Shown one piece after another: positions 37,708 to 51,548 of a DNA stretch of 64,000 bases. This stretch comes from Xylographa opegraphella. Taxonomy: Eukaryota. The DNA lies in the NCBI GenBank assembly GCA_022813865.1, contig JALDZX010000013.1, positions 186,001 through 250,000 of the forward strand, given 5' to 3'. A program made the position numbers and the translations under genes. Below the pieces are notes generated by a model. It saw only the letters and a list, made by a program, of their open reading frames with translations. It searched no databases and was not told the origin of the DNA. Position 1 is the first letter of the stretch. Every line of letters starts with the position of its first letter.

Positions 37708-38256
37708 ACAGATTTTTGGGATCCTGCGCATAGATTTATGGTGTTGATTTGTTATAAAATGCATCTGCCATCTATAGATGCTGTGAGGGTTCACAATTCG
37801 AGACACTCTGTACAGCCTCAAGGTTTGATGTCGAAATCTGAAGCCATACCTTTAGGCTTTAGCATATCTGCCTCGGCTAAAGTTAGCTCGGCTCGTATCA
37901 CGCGCTTGTTGAAGCGCGCAGCGGCGGGGCAGAAGAAAAGACCCCTCCGCAAGAGCAAGTCTTGAAACACAGCTCCACGACCGTTATCCCATCCATTGAG
38001 CGCCGCGCTCTGTGTTCTTCCACACATCGTTCACTCCACAATCGATTGATGATAAAGCTGCCCAGCCTCCGCCTCCAAAGAATCCCCCTTAGGTACTTCT
38101 GCCCACAATAGAACCCCCCCCTCACCCCCGTCGCAAGATGATTAAACCGCTTACAGATGCACACATAATCCCCTCACCTCCCACGCGCAATCCCACCCGC
38201 CTCCCTTCCCTCGAGCCCCACAACACACCCTCTCCGCCTCCCCTCCCCTCCCCACC

Positions 38257-39206
38257 ATGGACATCGAAACCGCCAAACGCAACGCCGCCATCCGCGCCGT
38301 GCACGACCACTTCGACGCCTCGGCGCGCTACATCGGCATCGGGTCCGGCACCACGATCGTGTACGTGGTCGAGGCGATCACGCAGCTGGGGATCGACACC
38401 TCGGGCATCCGCTTCGTGCCGACGGGCTACCAGTCGCGGCAGAACATCCTGCACTACGGCCTCACGCCCATCGCCTTCGACTCGCTGCCGCCTAACACGC
38501 TGATGGAGGTCGCCTTCGACGGCGCGGACGAGATCGACGAGGACCTGAACTGCATCAAGGGCGGCGGCGCCTGCCTGTACCAGGAGAAGCTGGTGGCGAC
38601 GCACGCGAAGAAGTTTGTCTGCGTGGCGGGTGAGTCTTTCGCGCTCCTGGGGGGAAAAAGGGGGCCTCGTGGGGGGGGCAATGAATTGTGTGTGTTATGT
38701 GTTTGGGAGACTGATGGATGGGGGGCGTGCTAGATCATCGGAAATTGCAGCATCGCTTGCTTTCGCATTGGCCGTCCGTGCCGATCGAGGTGGAGCCGCT
38801 GGCGGCATCGGTGGTTCTGACCGCGCTGCGAGCGCTGGGCTCGACGGACCCGAAGCTGCGGACGGGGCCGATGTCGAAGGCGGGGCCGTTGAAGACGGAT
38901 CAGTCGAACTTCATCATCGATGCGCCGTTTCAGACCCTGCTGCTACCCCAGGACAAGGGCGCGATGGAGCCGGGACATAGTCAGGGGTGGGAGGTGGAGG
39001 CATTGGCCAAGGAGATCAAGCTGATCGAGGGGGTCTTGAGTGTGGGCATCTTCTGTGGGGAGAACGGGCAAGAGGCGGCACAGGCAGGGAGGAAAATGGG
39101 GGGACAGAAACCCATCGCTGCATACTTTGGAATGGAGGATGGAGGTGTGGTGGTCCGGAGCGCCGGGTCGAAAACTGTATCAACAGAGGAGGTGCCCATT
39201 AAATAA
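38257..39206 (+). CDS. RKI1: Ribose-5-phosphate isomerase A
   Basis: GIGSGTT, DGADEID, IKGGGACLYQEK, KAGPLKTD; one intron ~38630-38733. Confidence 0.96.
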
Positions 39207-39391
39207 TGTCACTGCACTGCAATAGATTATGTTTGAAATCTCTACTTGGTCTATAAGAGAGCTCAATGCTCAAACGTGCAATCGTGTGCATACACATCAA
39301 TTCGGCTCTGCAGAAGTGAAATGAGCACAGAAAATACAACGCAAACATCCGAATCGTGCCCACAAACAGTTCCGATCAAAGCATTTTCCGA

Positions 39392-42300
39392 TCAAGAAGC
39401 TCTCCTTTTCCCTTTCCCCTTGGTGTTGTTCGGGGGACTTGGGGTCTTGGACAACGCAGGAAAGTCTTCTTCCAACTCTCGCCGACTCTGCTCCTCAGCC
39501 AGACTCAACTGCATTGCAAAATCAAGATCCGCTTCCTCAGCTTGGCGACTTCCACCGGCTGATGATGCAGCGGCCCTTGTGGGTGAGGTGGAAGGGGACT
39601 TTTTTTTCTTGGCATATTTCACTGGAAAGTCCATGACGAGAGCACGGTCCATAACCAATTCCGAATCAGCACTCTCTTCTAGGCTAAGTCTGATGGCTTC
39701 CGCAATGTCGGCCTCTGTTCGCTCGTCATCCGCTTCGTTGGAGGTCAAGGGCGAACTGAAAACCTCGGTGATTGTAGTGCTTGTTCCCAAACCATCACTG
39801 CTTTCGCTTTCGCTTTTCCTTCTCGTCTCATCAGCCCTGGCAGCCTCTTCACTGAGCAAAGTTGCATAGGCCATTATCTCATCATCACCCGCACCAGGGC
39901 CTAATAGACCCAAGCCAAATCTACCTGCTAGCCTCTCCTCTTCTTTGCGTCTTACCTCTTTCTCTCGTTCTAGGTCTGCTCTTTCATTTGCAATATAGTC
40001 TTGTAGAGCACCACGACCAGTCTGACTGAACTTCTCTCCGCCTTGGTTACTACCACGTTCTGAACGTCGTGAGCGACGTTTGGTGCTTTTGTACTGATCG
40101 GCAGCCGACGAGCTATAGCTCCAATATCGAAGGTGGGTACCAAGAGAGACCATGCCTCGAAGCACGGTAGGGTCAGGATCAAGACAAATGGTTCCAGCCG
40201 CGAAAAGGTTGATCCCAACGCCTTGTGCAGACGCCTCAGCTTGAACTAATCTACGGCGAGCCCGAGACGAGAAGCGCGAATTGAGTGTCCGTATTGGTTG
40301 TGTAGTGGAAGCCAGAGGATCCCAAGCCTGTACAAGCCCGTCATTCCCACCGTGAACAAGATAAAGTGCAGACATTGCTAGGCAAGATATTTGGGGAGAA
40401 TCAGTGTGGATTATTCGGACTGGATGAACGGTGTTCATAATCTCGGTCGACCCAGAAATTGGTGCTCGTATATTCCACAGCAACACTGTCCCAAACTTGG
40501 TGCCAGCCGCGACAAATCGAGCTCGTTGACCAGGGATATCATTTCGAGATCCGACAGGAACAGCTTGACCCCATGGAGAGGACAGCGGCGAAGATGCGTT
40601 TGATGAGCCACTCAAGGTAAGAAGAGGGTCTTCCAACGCCGTCAACGAATTGTAGTTCGACTCATCAATGGCCATTGTAGTAACTTGGGTTGCTTTAAGG
40701 TCACCAAAAGAAAACTCTGACATTCGCCATTCTTCCAGACAGGGAGAAGTAATTCCATGATCTGATCCGTAAGCAGAGCTGGTACGCGTGGTTGGAAGCG
40801 TTTCAAAGGACCAGTCTGAAGTCTTGGATGCTTGGAGAGATGGTCCTCCAAACACGGAGTTCTCACCAACGATGTTTGGAAATTGAGAGTATGAGGCCTC
40901 CAGTATCGGTTTTGTATCTTGACTTTCTACGACCTGACATCTTGTGAACCTCTGAAACTTAACTGGTTGATCATTTAAACCACAGCAACAAACGAGTGTT
41001 GCTTCGCCGGCAGCATTTCCACAATCACCGGCGAAATCGATGACGAGACGTCGCCTCATGTCCCAGCCATCACAAATTCTGCGGAAATGCTTTGGCTTTT
41101 CTTTTACAAAGCTCTCTATCTCCTTGGTCTCGGCAACGATCTGAGCCTTATCGAGTCCCATAGCATCCCAGGAACTCCTGGGTGAGTAGCTTCCATCGGT
41201 CACAGAGCTCTCAAACGGGTCGACCCGGGCCTCACGCCGGGTTAGCTCTATCATAGACCAAGAAATTGTACGGCCAGTCTCCCATGCCAGTTCATCCAGC
41301 CTTTGCGGGTCAAGTTTTGCAGCTCTATCGATGAACCTCCGTGAAGGTAGCTGGGTCAAATAGAAGACTTCTCCCAGAGCATTCAGTGCAACAGCCCACA
41401 GTCGATTTTGCGAGAGACGTTTAACAGAGAAGTTTTCGTCAACAACAATAGCAATGATTGGAACACCGGGACTCAGCATCCATCGGGCAGTGATCTCACC
41501 CCTTTCAATTCGTCGACCACCGACGTTGGTGGTACCTAGAGAATAAGCGGTGACAACACCAGAAGACGAGCCAGATATTATGCCGATGAGCCCTTCGCTG
41601 ATGGTAGGTACGTTCGGATTCTTAGCAATCCAAATACAGCACATTGCTTCCTTTGCAGGATCTAGTCTGGGTATACCATACTCCGGCATAGAGTACAGAC
41701 GCGAAGATGCTAAAGCAGTACCTCTTTGTTCTTCCGTTGATCTGAAATAAATAGAGCCTCCAGGAAAGCCTTCAGCATATGCCATTCCATACGGCTGACT
41801 GACATCCATAGAATTTGGCAAGCCTACTATGTCCCCAGCACCAAGACCATATTGGGTATCGCCCGGAAATCGATCGACAAACTGAACAAATGATTGCGGG
41901 TCGAGGGAGCCCCACTTGTCAACTTTGCCATTGTTCGGGTCACTTGAAGACGCTGAACCTGTTTCGTCGGCTCCGTGGATAAATCGTGGTAGTCTCTTGT
42001 TCAATCCGGTACCGAACGACGCATGGAGATGGTTCACAGTAGTGAAAAGCAACGAATTGTAGGTTATCTGGGCATTACCACTATGACCAGGACCAGAACG
42101 AGAAGATCCCGGAGTTCCCAGACCTTCGAATATTGCCGGTTTTCCTCGGGCTAGCGATCTGAGTAATCGAGTTCGAAGAATGTACTCACTCCGCCACGAT
42201 GCGAATGCTGTAAGACGAGTGAAAACACGTTTATCCGATGAAAAAATTTCCTGCGCCTCGCTTGATACATCCGTACCAGCATCCGATATCTCGAGTGAGT

Positions 42301-42882
42301 CGGATCCAGGAAAGTATCGCGAAAAGGCAATCCGCCACGCATGTGGTGTAGTCACCAAGGCATGAAAGCGCCGGGATACACACGCGACAGCTGACAACGA
42401 TGGAGGAGGAAGGTGCGAAAGGATATGAGTCAGGACCTCTAAATGTAAATCAGAAAGTTTCTTAGGAAGGTGATTGTCTAGCTACCATTGGGAAATTCTG
42501 CCAAAAGCGTTGCTGAAGAACTGGATTTTCTCGGCCTTGATACAACTTTGAAATCAGGTCCACGCGATTTACTCTTTGATTGAGGTGTCGTGGCCCTCTC
42601 ATATTGGGTGATTCGATCTGGCGCCAGGCGCGTCTTTGGCGATGCCTCGGGACTCAATCCCCTTGTGGGCGTTTCCACGAGATTGACTGGATTCTCAGTG
42701 GATCGTACAGCGGCAGGCGCTGCAGACTGAGAGTCCTGGCGCCCTCCCCCTTCCGTTCCAAAGGAGGTAGGATATGATGATGGTTCATCATGACGAATGA
42801 ATCCATGTTGGCGCTGTTGATGATCTTCGGAAAAGTCGACTGAAGAACTGGTGTTGGGTACTTCGATGGGCCTTGATTGCAT
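39392..42882 (-). CDS. F-box/WD40-repeat protein with C-terminal UIM-like motifs (Pof10-like)
   Basis: F-box split by an intron (LLAEFPN|EVLTHILSHLPPPSLSAVACVSRRF), WD repeats (GGNDGLVQAWDPL), UIM-like EAIRLSLEE and DLDFAMQLSLAEE. Start codon uncertain. Confidence 0.85.
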
Positions 42883-44516
42883 ATAACGTGAGACTGGAGA
42901 ACAAGAAAGAAAGAAAGATGACTGAGCCAATCGAGGTCAGTCAAAGAAAATGCGGAGGCCAGAAGTCGTGAGGATAATGTTGAATGTGGACAAGAGGAGC
43001 GTGACGTTTGGAATAAGTAGTGCAATTACTGCAAATTGGCTGTAGGGCGCTAGTGAGTCACTTCGGACTGGTCTAGCTGAAACGGGATGAATTTGTAACC
43101 TTTTCCACGCCCGGACAAATATGAATAGAACGCGTCCTTGATGACACGATTCGCAGCCGCAATATGATTCTGAACCCGCCATGTTCCTGCGATTGTACCT
43201 ATATCTCATCTGTCTGACGTCCTCCGCCGACTTCTCTGCAACCGGACATACATTAGCTTGTTGTCACCAAATTCGTCGTTTCCTGATGAATTAGTTTCTC
43301 CGTTTTGATCTGCTTTGGATGGACATACCAGTTACGTGGCATCCCTTCTGAGCAGCTGGAGTTTGAGGTCGATGTACTGAGAAGTGAGATGATTCATCTC
43401 TTCACCTGACTCTACTATCCCATCCCATTTTGTGTAAACATCAATTTCTGGTTTGGCCAGCATTAAAACCACGCGGCACTAGAGGTCGTAGTTGTTTGTT
43501 GGAGGGTTAAGAAGTCTATAACTGGCTATGATTACTTCATACACGTACTGGACGTTCTAGTATTGTGGAAAATCTCTGAAAAGCAAGTTGCTGTCACAGG
43601 TTCTAAGGAGACAATACCAGACTATTTGGGCACGCGCGACGGCGACCAAACAGCGCATAAAATCCTACCTTGCTGGAAGACGATATTCTCAGTGGCAGAC
43701 CATGGGTCCGTCGGCTGAAGAAACTTTTTCGAAAAAGACATAACTTTGAAGCACGGATAGACCAATTTCTACGGAGAAATGGCAAATGAAGCATATGCCC
43801 AGTATGAGCATTCAATGTCTACACAATCAATTCTGTGGCAACAAAGCTGAGCATGGTCTCACAGGTGAGTGCATACACGGTGGGAAGTTGCAGAAACGCC
43901 TTCTTTGGTTGATAGAAACACATACACTTCTATCTATCCGGGCATGGCCAACGAAGTATTATACTGAAGCCCCTGCTCCAGCACTACCAGTCAGTTCTAC
44001 CAGAAGCAAACCCCTCCCTCTGCACGTGGCCGCAGCTCTGGAACTCTGCGAAAGGGTTATAGTGTAAGCACTGCTTCCCGTTTCACAATCTAGTACTCGC
44101 TTCTTGATCATGTAACAACCGAGGACTATATAGAATCCTAGCCCTCCTCTGGTAGTTGATACTTAGGCTTACTTAGAGACACGACGTACGCGCTCCAGTT
44201 GTTCTGCATCGGATATTGTTACCGTCTTTCCAAGCATAATGCAAGAATTTCTAGACTTGATGAGCGATCGGATATTTTTATCCGGAGCATCCATGTAGCA
44301 ATCGGAGGTTGTGTACACCTAGACCGTCTTTCGTCTGATGTATTCTACGCAAGTACGCGGAAATAATTGACGATCGGTATTACCCAACTCACCCACGTAT
44401 CACTAGAAAAGTCGCTAGGGTCTTGCCGCGAGCCGAGAAGCGCGATATGCGATACTTTTCTTTTCTCGTTAGCCAGATCCATTCGATTTGTCCTTTGGCC
44501 CGCCAATTGTAAGGAT

Positions 44517-46758
44517 ATGCGAGCCACAAGCTTTCGTTCTTTCTCAACTTCTACAGCTGTACGCAGTGTCACCAAGAATCAAATTGGTTCAAAACCTCCT
44601 GTGATAAGAATTGCCAATGCAACTTTCTATAAACAGCATCCTGCATCTGCAAATGCCTCCAATCCACCGCTGTTTTCTGGTTTGACATTTTCTTTGCCTT
44701 CTTTTCCAAAGCGTCCTGAACGTTGGTCAATAATAAGCCCGTCATCTACAGGGAAAACCACATTCCTCGAAGTTCTTCAAGGCCAACATATCTGTATTCC
44801 GCCTAATGGACGATCTTTCCCATATTTGTCTACGGATGATGTTGCGGCTAAAGACCCACATCTGAGAGTACCGACAAGGGCGATACAGTACGTAGGATTC
44901 AATGGGACGAGTAGCACTGCCGCCAGCACCGGGACTAGGGGCGCATATCTCAGCGCAAGATACGAGAGTCGGCGAGAGGAAACCGATTTCTCCTTGCTAG
45001 AGCATCTCAAAGGAAAGACGAGCCTCAATTTATCCGAAGAAGTGGTCGAGAATGGAGGAGCTGTCAAGAAGGAGAAGACTTTGCGTGAAGTGATTCGGCA
45101 ACTAAAGTTGGAGGCTCTCCTGGACTTACCAGTCGGAAATCTAAGTAATGGCCAGACGAGGAGGGCCAGAATTGCAAAGGCCCTAATGAGTGCGCCCGAA
45201 GCTTTACTGCTGGACGAACCTTTCAGTACGTGAATCGGATTTCAAGAACTCTGTATTGTCTCCTTCATGAGCTGACACATCTAGTGGGCCTTGATCCCCC
45301 GACCACATCGACTATATCTTCGCTGCTATACAATCTGGCGGCGTCGAATTCACCTCGGATAGTTTTGGGACTTCGACCTCAAGATATTCTACCCGACTGG
45401 ATAACGCACCTTGTATATTTAGACTTAGACCATAATGTAACGCAACTAGGTCCGAAAGACGTTGTTTTGAGTTCTCTTCGTTCTTTGTCGCATCCTGCCT
45501 CACTACCGAATAATCCCCGGCCTGCTAGATCCAAGGTGATGTCGTCTACCATCGTAAGTCAATATATACTAACACCCACATTTGGAACAGACCAAGCCCG
45601 CTGCAAACAGTGTCGTTTCTCCGTCGAGTCAAAACGCAATACAATCTAAAGCGGACCGCTCTGAGAAATCTCCAGCGAAAGCTAGTCTTGAAAAGAGTCG
45701 AGAAGCCCTCATTGAAATGTCTGGCGTTGAAGTCAAGTACGGCGACATGCAGGTGCTCGGCGCCTGGGAGCAAATGGTAGACGGGCAACCAAAGAAGGGA
45801 CTCTGGTGGACCGTCAAACGTGGCTCACGATGGGGAATCTTCGGTCCTAACGGTAGTTCTATTCCCCGCCACCATCTCCATCCATATGCTAACCACGCCA
45901 GGGTCCGGGAAAACGACCATCCTTTCCCTCATCTGCTCCGACCACCCACAAACCTACTCCCTCCCCATCAAGCTCTTCGGCCGCTCTCGCCTCCCCACCC
46001 CCGGCCAGCCCGGCATCTCCATCTTCGACATCCAATCCCGCATCGGGCATTCCTCCCCAGAAATACACGCCTTCTTCCCACGCGAGCTCACTATACGCCA
46101 GACGCTCGAGAACGCGTGGGCGGACACCTTCCGCGGGAAAGCCACGCTGAGCCACGACAACGACGTCGTCGTCGACGCCTGCCTCCGCTGGTTCGAGCGC
46201 GAACTGAACCCCGCCTTCAGCGGCCCCGACCCTGCGGAGCCGGTCCCGCACGTGAGGGCTGCGAGACACGGCGGCAGGCTTGGCAAGCAGGTGGCGGAGT
46301 ATCTCGAGCGGGACATCGACTGGGCGGACGGCGTCCGCTTCGGGGATGTCTCCGTCGCGGCGCAGCGGGTCGCGCTGCTGCTGCGTGCGCTGATCAAGAA
46401 GCCGGATGTCGTCATTCTGGACGAGGCGTTCAGCGTGATGGACACGGCCACGCGCGACAAATGCATGACTTTCCTCGCGCACGGCGAGAGTGCCTATTTG
46501 CCGGAAACGAAGACGCGCAATGCGCCTCCGGAGACGCTGGTGACGACTCTGGCGAGCGAGGGCACAGTGGCCATTTCGGGGCTCGAGGCGCGCCAGGCTT
46601 TGGTGTGTGTCAGTCATTTGGCGGAGGAGGTGCCTGACTTGGTGACGGAGTGGATGTGTCTGCCGGAGCCGAATGAGGGGAAGGCGGTGCGGTTTGGAAC
46701 GAGAAAGGACTCGGGGCTCAATGACGGAACGTGGTGGGATGCTGTCTGGAAGATGTAG
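44517..46758 (+). CDS. Soluble ModF-like tandem ABC ATPase (YDR061W-like), probable mitochondrial presequence
   Basis: Two NBDs: SPSSTGKT/LSNGQTRRARIA/LLLDEPF and GPNGSGKT/ILDEAF. No TM domain; Arg/Ser-rich N-terminus; three introns. Confidence 0.85.
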
Positions 46759-47038
46759 ATCATCTAGCTGTCGATAGGAAAGTCATGGTCATCGCGTGGT
46801 GGCTGGTAGTAAGATAGATTCAAGCTTGGCCTGATCGCTGCCTATTTACAAAAGCCCGTTCTAACGAAGTTTGGCTCTGTAATAGATTGACTATGGTCCT
46901 AACGCCCAAGAAGCCAATTCGCTCACAAGTACCAGCCGACGAAAATCACCTGCGCAAATCAATGGCTCCTTGAAAACGTAACATAGACCGCAGAGGTGTA
47001 GGAGACAGTATCGAGCAAAACTGAGGGTGTTTTGACTG

Positions 47039-47927
47039 TTACCGACCAACACAGCGATTCCATGCTAGCACTGCAGTCAATAACTATTTGTGTGCAAATA
47101 AATGGAGTCAGACGCACCTGGCAGCCCGCACCCAAAGCCAATGAACAGGTAGAGGAGGAAAACTATAGTAAGGCCTGAAAGCAGTCAGTCCTACTCCACC
47201 AGAATGAAGTGCAGTGAATCACCTAGCAAAACCATCAACTTCACATTTTTCCACCACATCCTCCTCCTTAGCCCCCTGCTCCTCACTCGGAAATCGTGAG
47301 CGCCCACTCCCAACCTATCCGTCTTGTCCACCAGCAGATCGATCCTCTCCCCTCTTTCCAAAACTCTCTCGATGTTCTGCGTCATGATGCCCTTGACGTC
47401 CTCAATCTCACTCTGCACATTTCCAATCGCATCCTCCTTCCCAGCCTGCGTGGTTCCGATGCTCACCATCAGACCCTTCAGCGTACTGTTGAACGCTGCA
47501 GCTCCGTACGGGGGTAAGCTCACGAAGTCGGTGTCTTCGGGTCTATAGCGCGCGAGAAATTGGTTTTTTATCTCGACCAAGAAGCCGAAGGGGATGCGGC
47601 GACCGAAAGCGGAGGATGCGACGACGAGATAGGTGAGACCGCCGGCAGAGGTGCCGGAGGGGTGGTCGGAGGGCGCATCGGCGATGTAGTGGATGAAGTT
47701 TTGGTTGTGGGTGTAGGTGAGCTTCTGTGGTGTGCGATGGTCGATCTTGGGGAGGATGAGGGAGGCGAGAGACGAGGTCTGGGACGAGGCGGACGTGGTA
47801 TGCTCGGTGAGAATGGTAGTACGGTAAGCGATACACGAGCTACGAAGATTGTCAGTTGGTGGCTTGCAGTGGGAGAGGTTGCCGCCTACTAGAGGAGCGG
47901 AGTGGAAGGCGTAGAGGAGGACGCCAT
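47039..47927 (-). CDS. Longin-domain R-SNARE (VAMP7/Nyv1-like)
   Basis: Longin domain (GRRIPFGFLVEI), R-SNARE motif IMTQNIERVLERGERIDLLVDKTDRL, MWWKN, TM tail ending GCGLPAWNRCVGR*; three introns. Confidence 0.92.
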
Positions 47928-48582
47928 GGTGTGCGCAGTCGGGTTGTGCAATGCTTTGGTCGCTACAGAGTAACACCTCTTCTCTTACAAAAGGAGTATA
48001 CAGGCCAATATTATGAAGCTTGCGTTGTGGTACAGCGGAAGAATGTAATCCTCAAATCAAATCACCACAGAGAGTGACGTTTAAGGTACAATGGACCAGT
48101 CGAGTTAGTCCCAAATCGGATTAGTCATGGAGCAGTCACCAAGTTGCTGTTGTTGTCAACAGAGGTAATCAGCCCGATCTTGTGCACTTGATCGACAGTA
48201 AAGCACGACCACGATCTGTCATGAATCTGTGTAGAAAGCTCCACGATGTGATATGCCACGAGTCATTTCAGTCAGCTAGGGGGTCCTGGCATTGCATGGT
48301 GTACTTTGGATAAACAATCATAAGATATCAATTTACGGACTGGATCATGAGTACGGCGGCTCATGCTCCGCATCATAGTAGGCTATCGGCTGTGGAAGAC
48401 AAGAAGTCTAGAGTTCATGATACATGAGGAGAGATTATATTGCTGTTACTTTACACCAGGACGACAATGCAACGCTCCTTTTATGCTGTTGGTATCGCTA
48501 TTGCTCCAAATAGTACCGGTACATATAACACAGGTGACACGAAGGAAGTAGAGGCTCTACCGGTATAGATTGGAACGACCTT

Positions 48583-49068
48583 TCACTCATTGATCTTTGC
48601 GAGGAGCCTGGGAAGCAGTATCAGCTAGGACGCGGCACCGTAAAGAGAGGTAAAGCCACTCACTCATGATCCCGAAAGAGCGAGTACTCCTCGTCTCCAA
48701 CCTTCACAGGACTTCCGCCATACTGGGAGAGATGTTAGTATCGCACGTGTGTCTGCATTACCATTTTGGCCAGCATACCTGAGGTATCAGAACCTTGTCA
48801 CCCGGTGCGACGCTTGGAGTTATCCTCTTTCCGTCCTTGTCCAGTCCGCCCGGTCCAACAGCTAATACTTTTGCTTCGTTGAGCTCTTTCACACTACTCT
48901 CTGGCAGAAAGATTCCGCCTGCTGTTTTGGTTTCGGCCTTGATTCGTTGGACGAGGATTCGATCAAGGAGAGGAGCGAGCGACTTGATGGATTTAAGAGC
49001 GGTGGTCTAGGCGCAATGCTGTCAGCCAGTCACTCCGAGAAACAGCTTGAAGCTGAAACCCATACCAT
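48583..49068 (-). CDS. HSP10: 10 kDa mitochondrial chaperonin
   Basis: ATG-only first exon, then PLLDRILVQRIKAETKTAGGIFLPE...AVGPG...GDKVLIPQ|YGG...LFRDHE|LLAKINE*. Confidence 0.95.
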
Positions 49069-50181
49069 GATGTGCTTCGAGATTGCCGAGCTGTAGAGGG
49101 TTTGGATGGGCTGTGTAATGATAGTGGTCTGCGCGACGTGCAAGTGAATTTTCTTACTTGGCAATAAGGTGAAGCTCTCCCTGAAAAGTTTCTGGGCCGT
49201 TCTAGCAGTCCGCAGTGCACGGACCAATCGCTTGCCGGATCGATTGCAGGCTAGCCTTTCGAGTAGCTAGTCTATATGTAGAAATATCAAGGTATCGCTT
49301 GTTCCGGACGTACTCACCTAGGTATGAGTCGTGCTTCATGGCGAGGCAATGCTAATAATCTCTCGGTATTGCATCTCGTTGGAGTACTTCTGTAAGACGC
49401 AGAGTCATCATCATCATCATCTCTATGCAGCGGATGGCACGATGTAGAAGTCGAGTGAAGTCGGCTGCCCATTATGGGCTCTGATATAATTCACAACAGA
49501 AGTGATCGTATCTGAGTGATGCGTTCACTTCTGAATAGATAATCAGTGGTCTTTTGTGTCTCCAAAGTCTGATGTGCCTCGTTTACTCGCAAACAATTTC
49601 TTCGTGTCTTTCAGATTCACTGTCGGGTCCTGTTTTTTACTGGTGACTTTCTTTGTTGAAGTGAATTTGACAATGTATTAGAGCGTTGCAGTGCGCTGGA
49701 GATTTTACGAATGAGGTCTTGGTGAGCGCTGTTTCCTCTCTGTTGTGCTCACTTCGTCCATTTCCTTGTAAAGAAAGGTCGTGTGAAGGCCCATGGCATT
49801 GGAATTCACTCCACGCCTTCGTTAGAGACCTTATGAAATGTTCTGCGGAAGATGTATATAAGACATAGTATCGTCTGCCCATAGAGGTTTTCCAGCAGAC
49901 CTCAACCTCAATTTCAAAAAAAACATACTCGTTAAACCACATCGGCTTTCAATTATCATCATAACTCAGCTCTTTGACAAGCTTCATAGCCCACACTCTG
50001 CGAAGCATCGAGATTCAAGATTTATATCGAGGTATCTTATGCTTCCTACTCCCTCTACACTTGGCTTTGAGATTCGATCCCTTTAATGATACTAATATTT
50101 CAAAGCTTCCAGCATCAATTGATACCGTATCGTTGGGTTTTTCAAATACACTATCTACGATACATCGGTTTCCTCATCAAT

Positions 50182-50868
50182 ATGGCACAACCTCAAGATC
50201 CTACAGAGCCGTCCGGTTGTGTAATTTGGATCCCAGAGGCTCCGATACGAGCAGCGATGTACCTCAGTCGACTCGATGCTAAACCAGGGCAGGATGAAGA
50301 GCTTATCCTTGCTTGGATCTATCAGCATTACTTTCCGTCATCCATTAAGCGGAAGGACAATAATAAGGGAGGTGCTCATTTGGGTTACACTACAAAAGAT
50401 CTCCAAGAATTTGGGCTTATGGTTGACCATGCCCCCTCGCTGTTTGTGACGATGATTGCCGTGGAGGTATGGTATCCGAAAGCTGTGAGGATTGTAGGAT
50501 TTGATGAGGTGAGATTCGGCCTCTTACGTGGAAACTTCAGCGAAGCTGCGGACAACAGGTGGGGCAAAGTGGACCCGTGGGACAAAGTGGACCCGTGGCG
50601 CACAGATGACTTGAACAAGATCTATGCCACCTGTCCCGGCGTGCCCAAGCTTGTTGAACCACTCACCATTGAAAAGGTCAAAAACGATGAGTGTCCATAC
50701 CTGAACCCAACTGAGCTCAGCCACAGGAAAGATATATGGATTAAATCTTCCACTATTGGTACTGCTACTGAACCGCCTCCATTCAAGTTGTCATACATCA
50801 TCGATGGGGAGTACGAATTCACTTGCAAGATAGGCCAGGGTACGGAGGAGGGAGAGAATCCCTGGTAG
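50182..50868 (+). CDS. Intronless orphan protein (~228 aa), unknown function
   Basis: Long open frame with globular-protein-like composition starting MAQPQDP; no recognised motif. Confidence 0.6.
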   Translation: MAQPQDPTEPSGCVIWIPEAPIRAAMYLSRLDAKPGQDEELILAWIYQHYFPSSIKRKDNNKGGAHLGYTTKDLQEFGLMVDHAPSLFVTMIAVEVWYPKAVRIVGFDEVRFGLLRGNFSEAADNRWGKVDPWDKVDPWRTDDLNKIYATCPGVPKLVEPLTIEKVKNDECPYLNPTELSHRKDIWIKSSTIGTATEPPPFKLSYIIDGEYEFTCKIGQGTEEGENPW

Positions 50869-51270
50869 ACTGGCCTAATATGGTCTACTTAGTGTTTGAA
50901 CGCGCCGTCACCAGTAGCTAGACTACCGTACTTGGCTGACAGTCGCTCGAACCGAGCTGGGTCGCACACTTCACTTTTGTCCTGGATTTGATTTATTTCT
51001 TGGAAGTTTGCAGTCTATCATCATGTATGATCATCATATTCTTGAGTTTCACAGGCGGACCCCTGGGGATCTGTACGATTTGCAATGACGACTTCACGGA
51101 TTTCTTTTGTGGCCTTGGGGCATCATGTGTAGGAGCGTGCGACTGAATAATGTACTTCATAATGTCTATTACCAGTTTCTGGCATGTTACGAAGGGAGGA
51201 CTGAGGCTTGTCTCTTTGGTGGCGAGATCACGAATTCTTTTGTAGCTTTTGAGTATTGTGTCTGCGAGTA

Positions 51271-51331
51271 TGCGTGCGAGCGTGCGTGCGTGCGAGCGTG
51301 CGTGCGTGCGAGCGTGCGTGCGTGCGTGCGA

Positions 51332-51362
<31 letters not shown>
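51271..51362 (+). repeat. Tetranucleotide microsatellite (GCGT)n interrupted by GCGA units
   Basis: About 92 bp of tgcgtgcgagcgtgcgtgcg... Confidence 0.97.
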
Positions 51363-51548
51363 GAGTAGGTTACAGGGCTTGGGATCACTTATCATTAGGT
51401 TTCATACAATGAGAAGTTTCCACCACGAGACGTTTGAGTGCTGTATTGGGTGCCTTTTGTGATTCATGATTATATCAACAAGTATGATTATACCAGCCAG
51501 TCAATACCGGTTATACACTACACCAAACCACGTTTGAGACCGGCCCCC

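Noticed and set aside
49150..49290. Heat-shock elements upstream of HSP10
   Set aside because: Only imperfect, non-contiguous nGAAn/nTTCn units; cannot be supported by eye.
50993..51462. ORFs with HART/ACVR repeats
   Set aside because: Translations of the (GCGT)n microsatellite.
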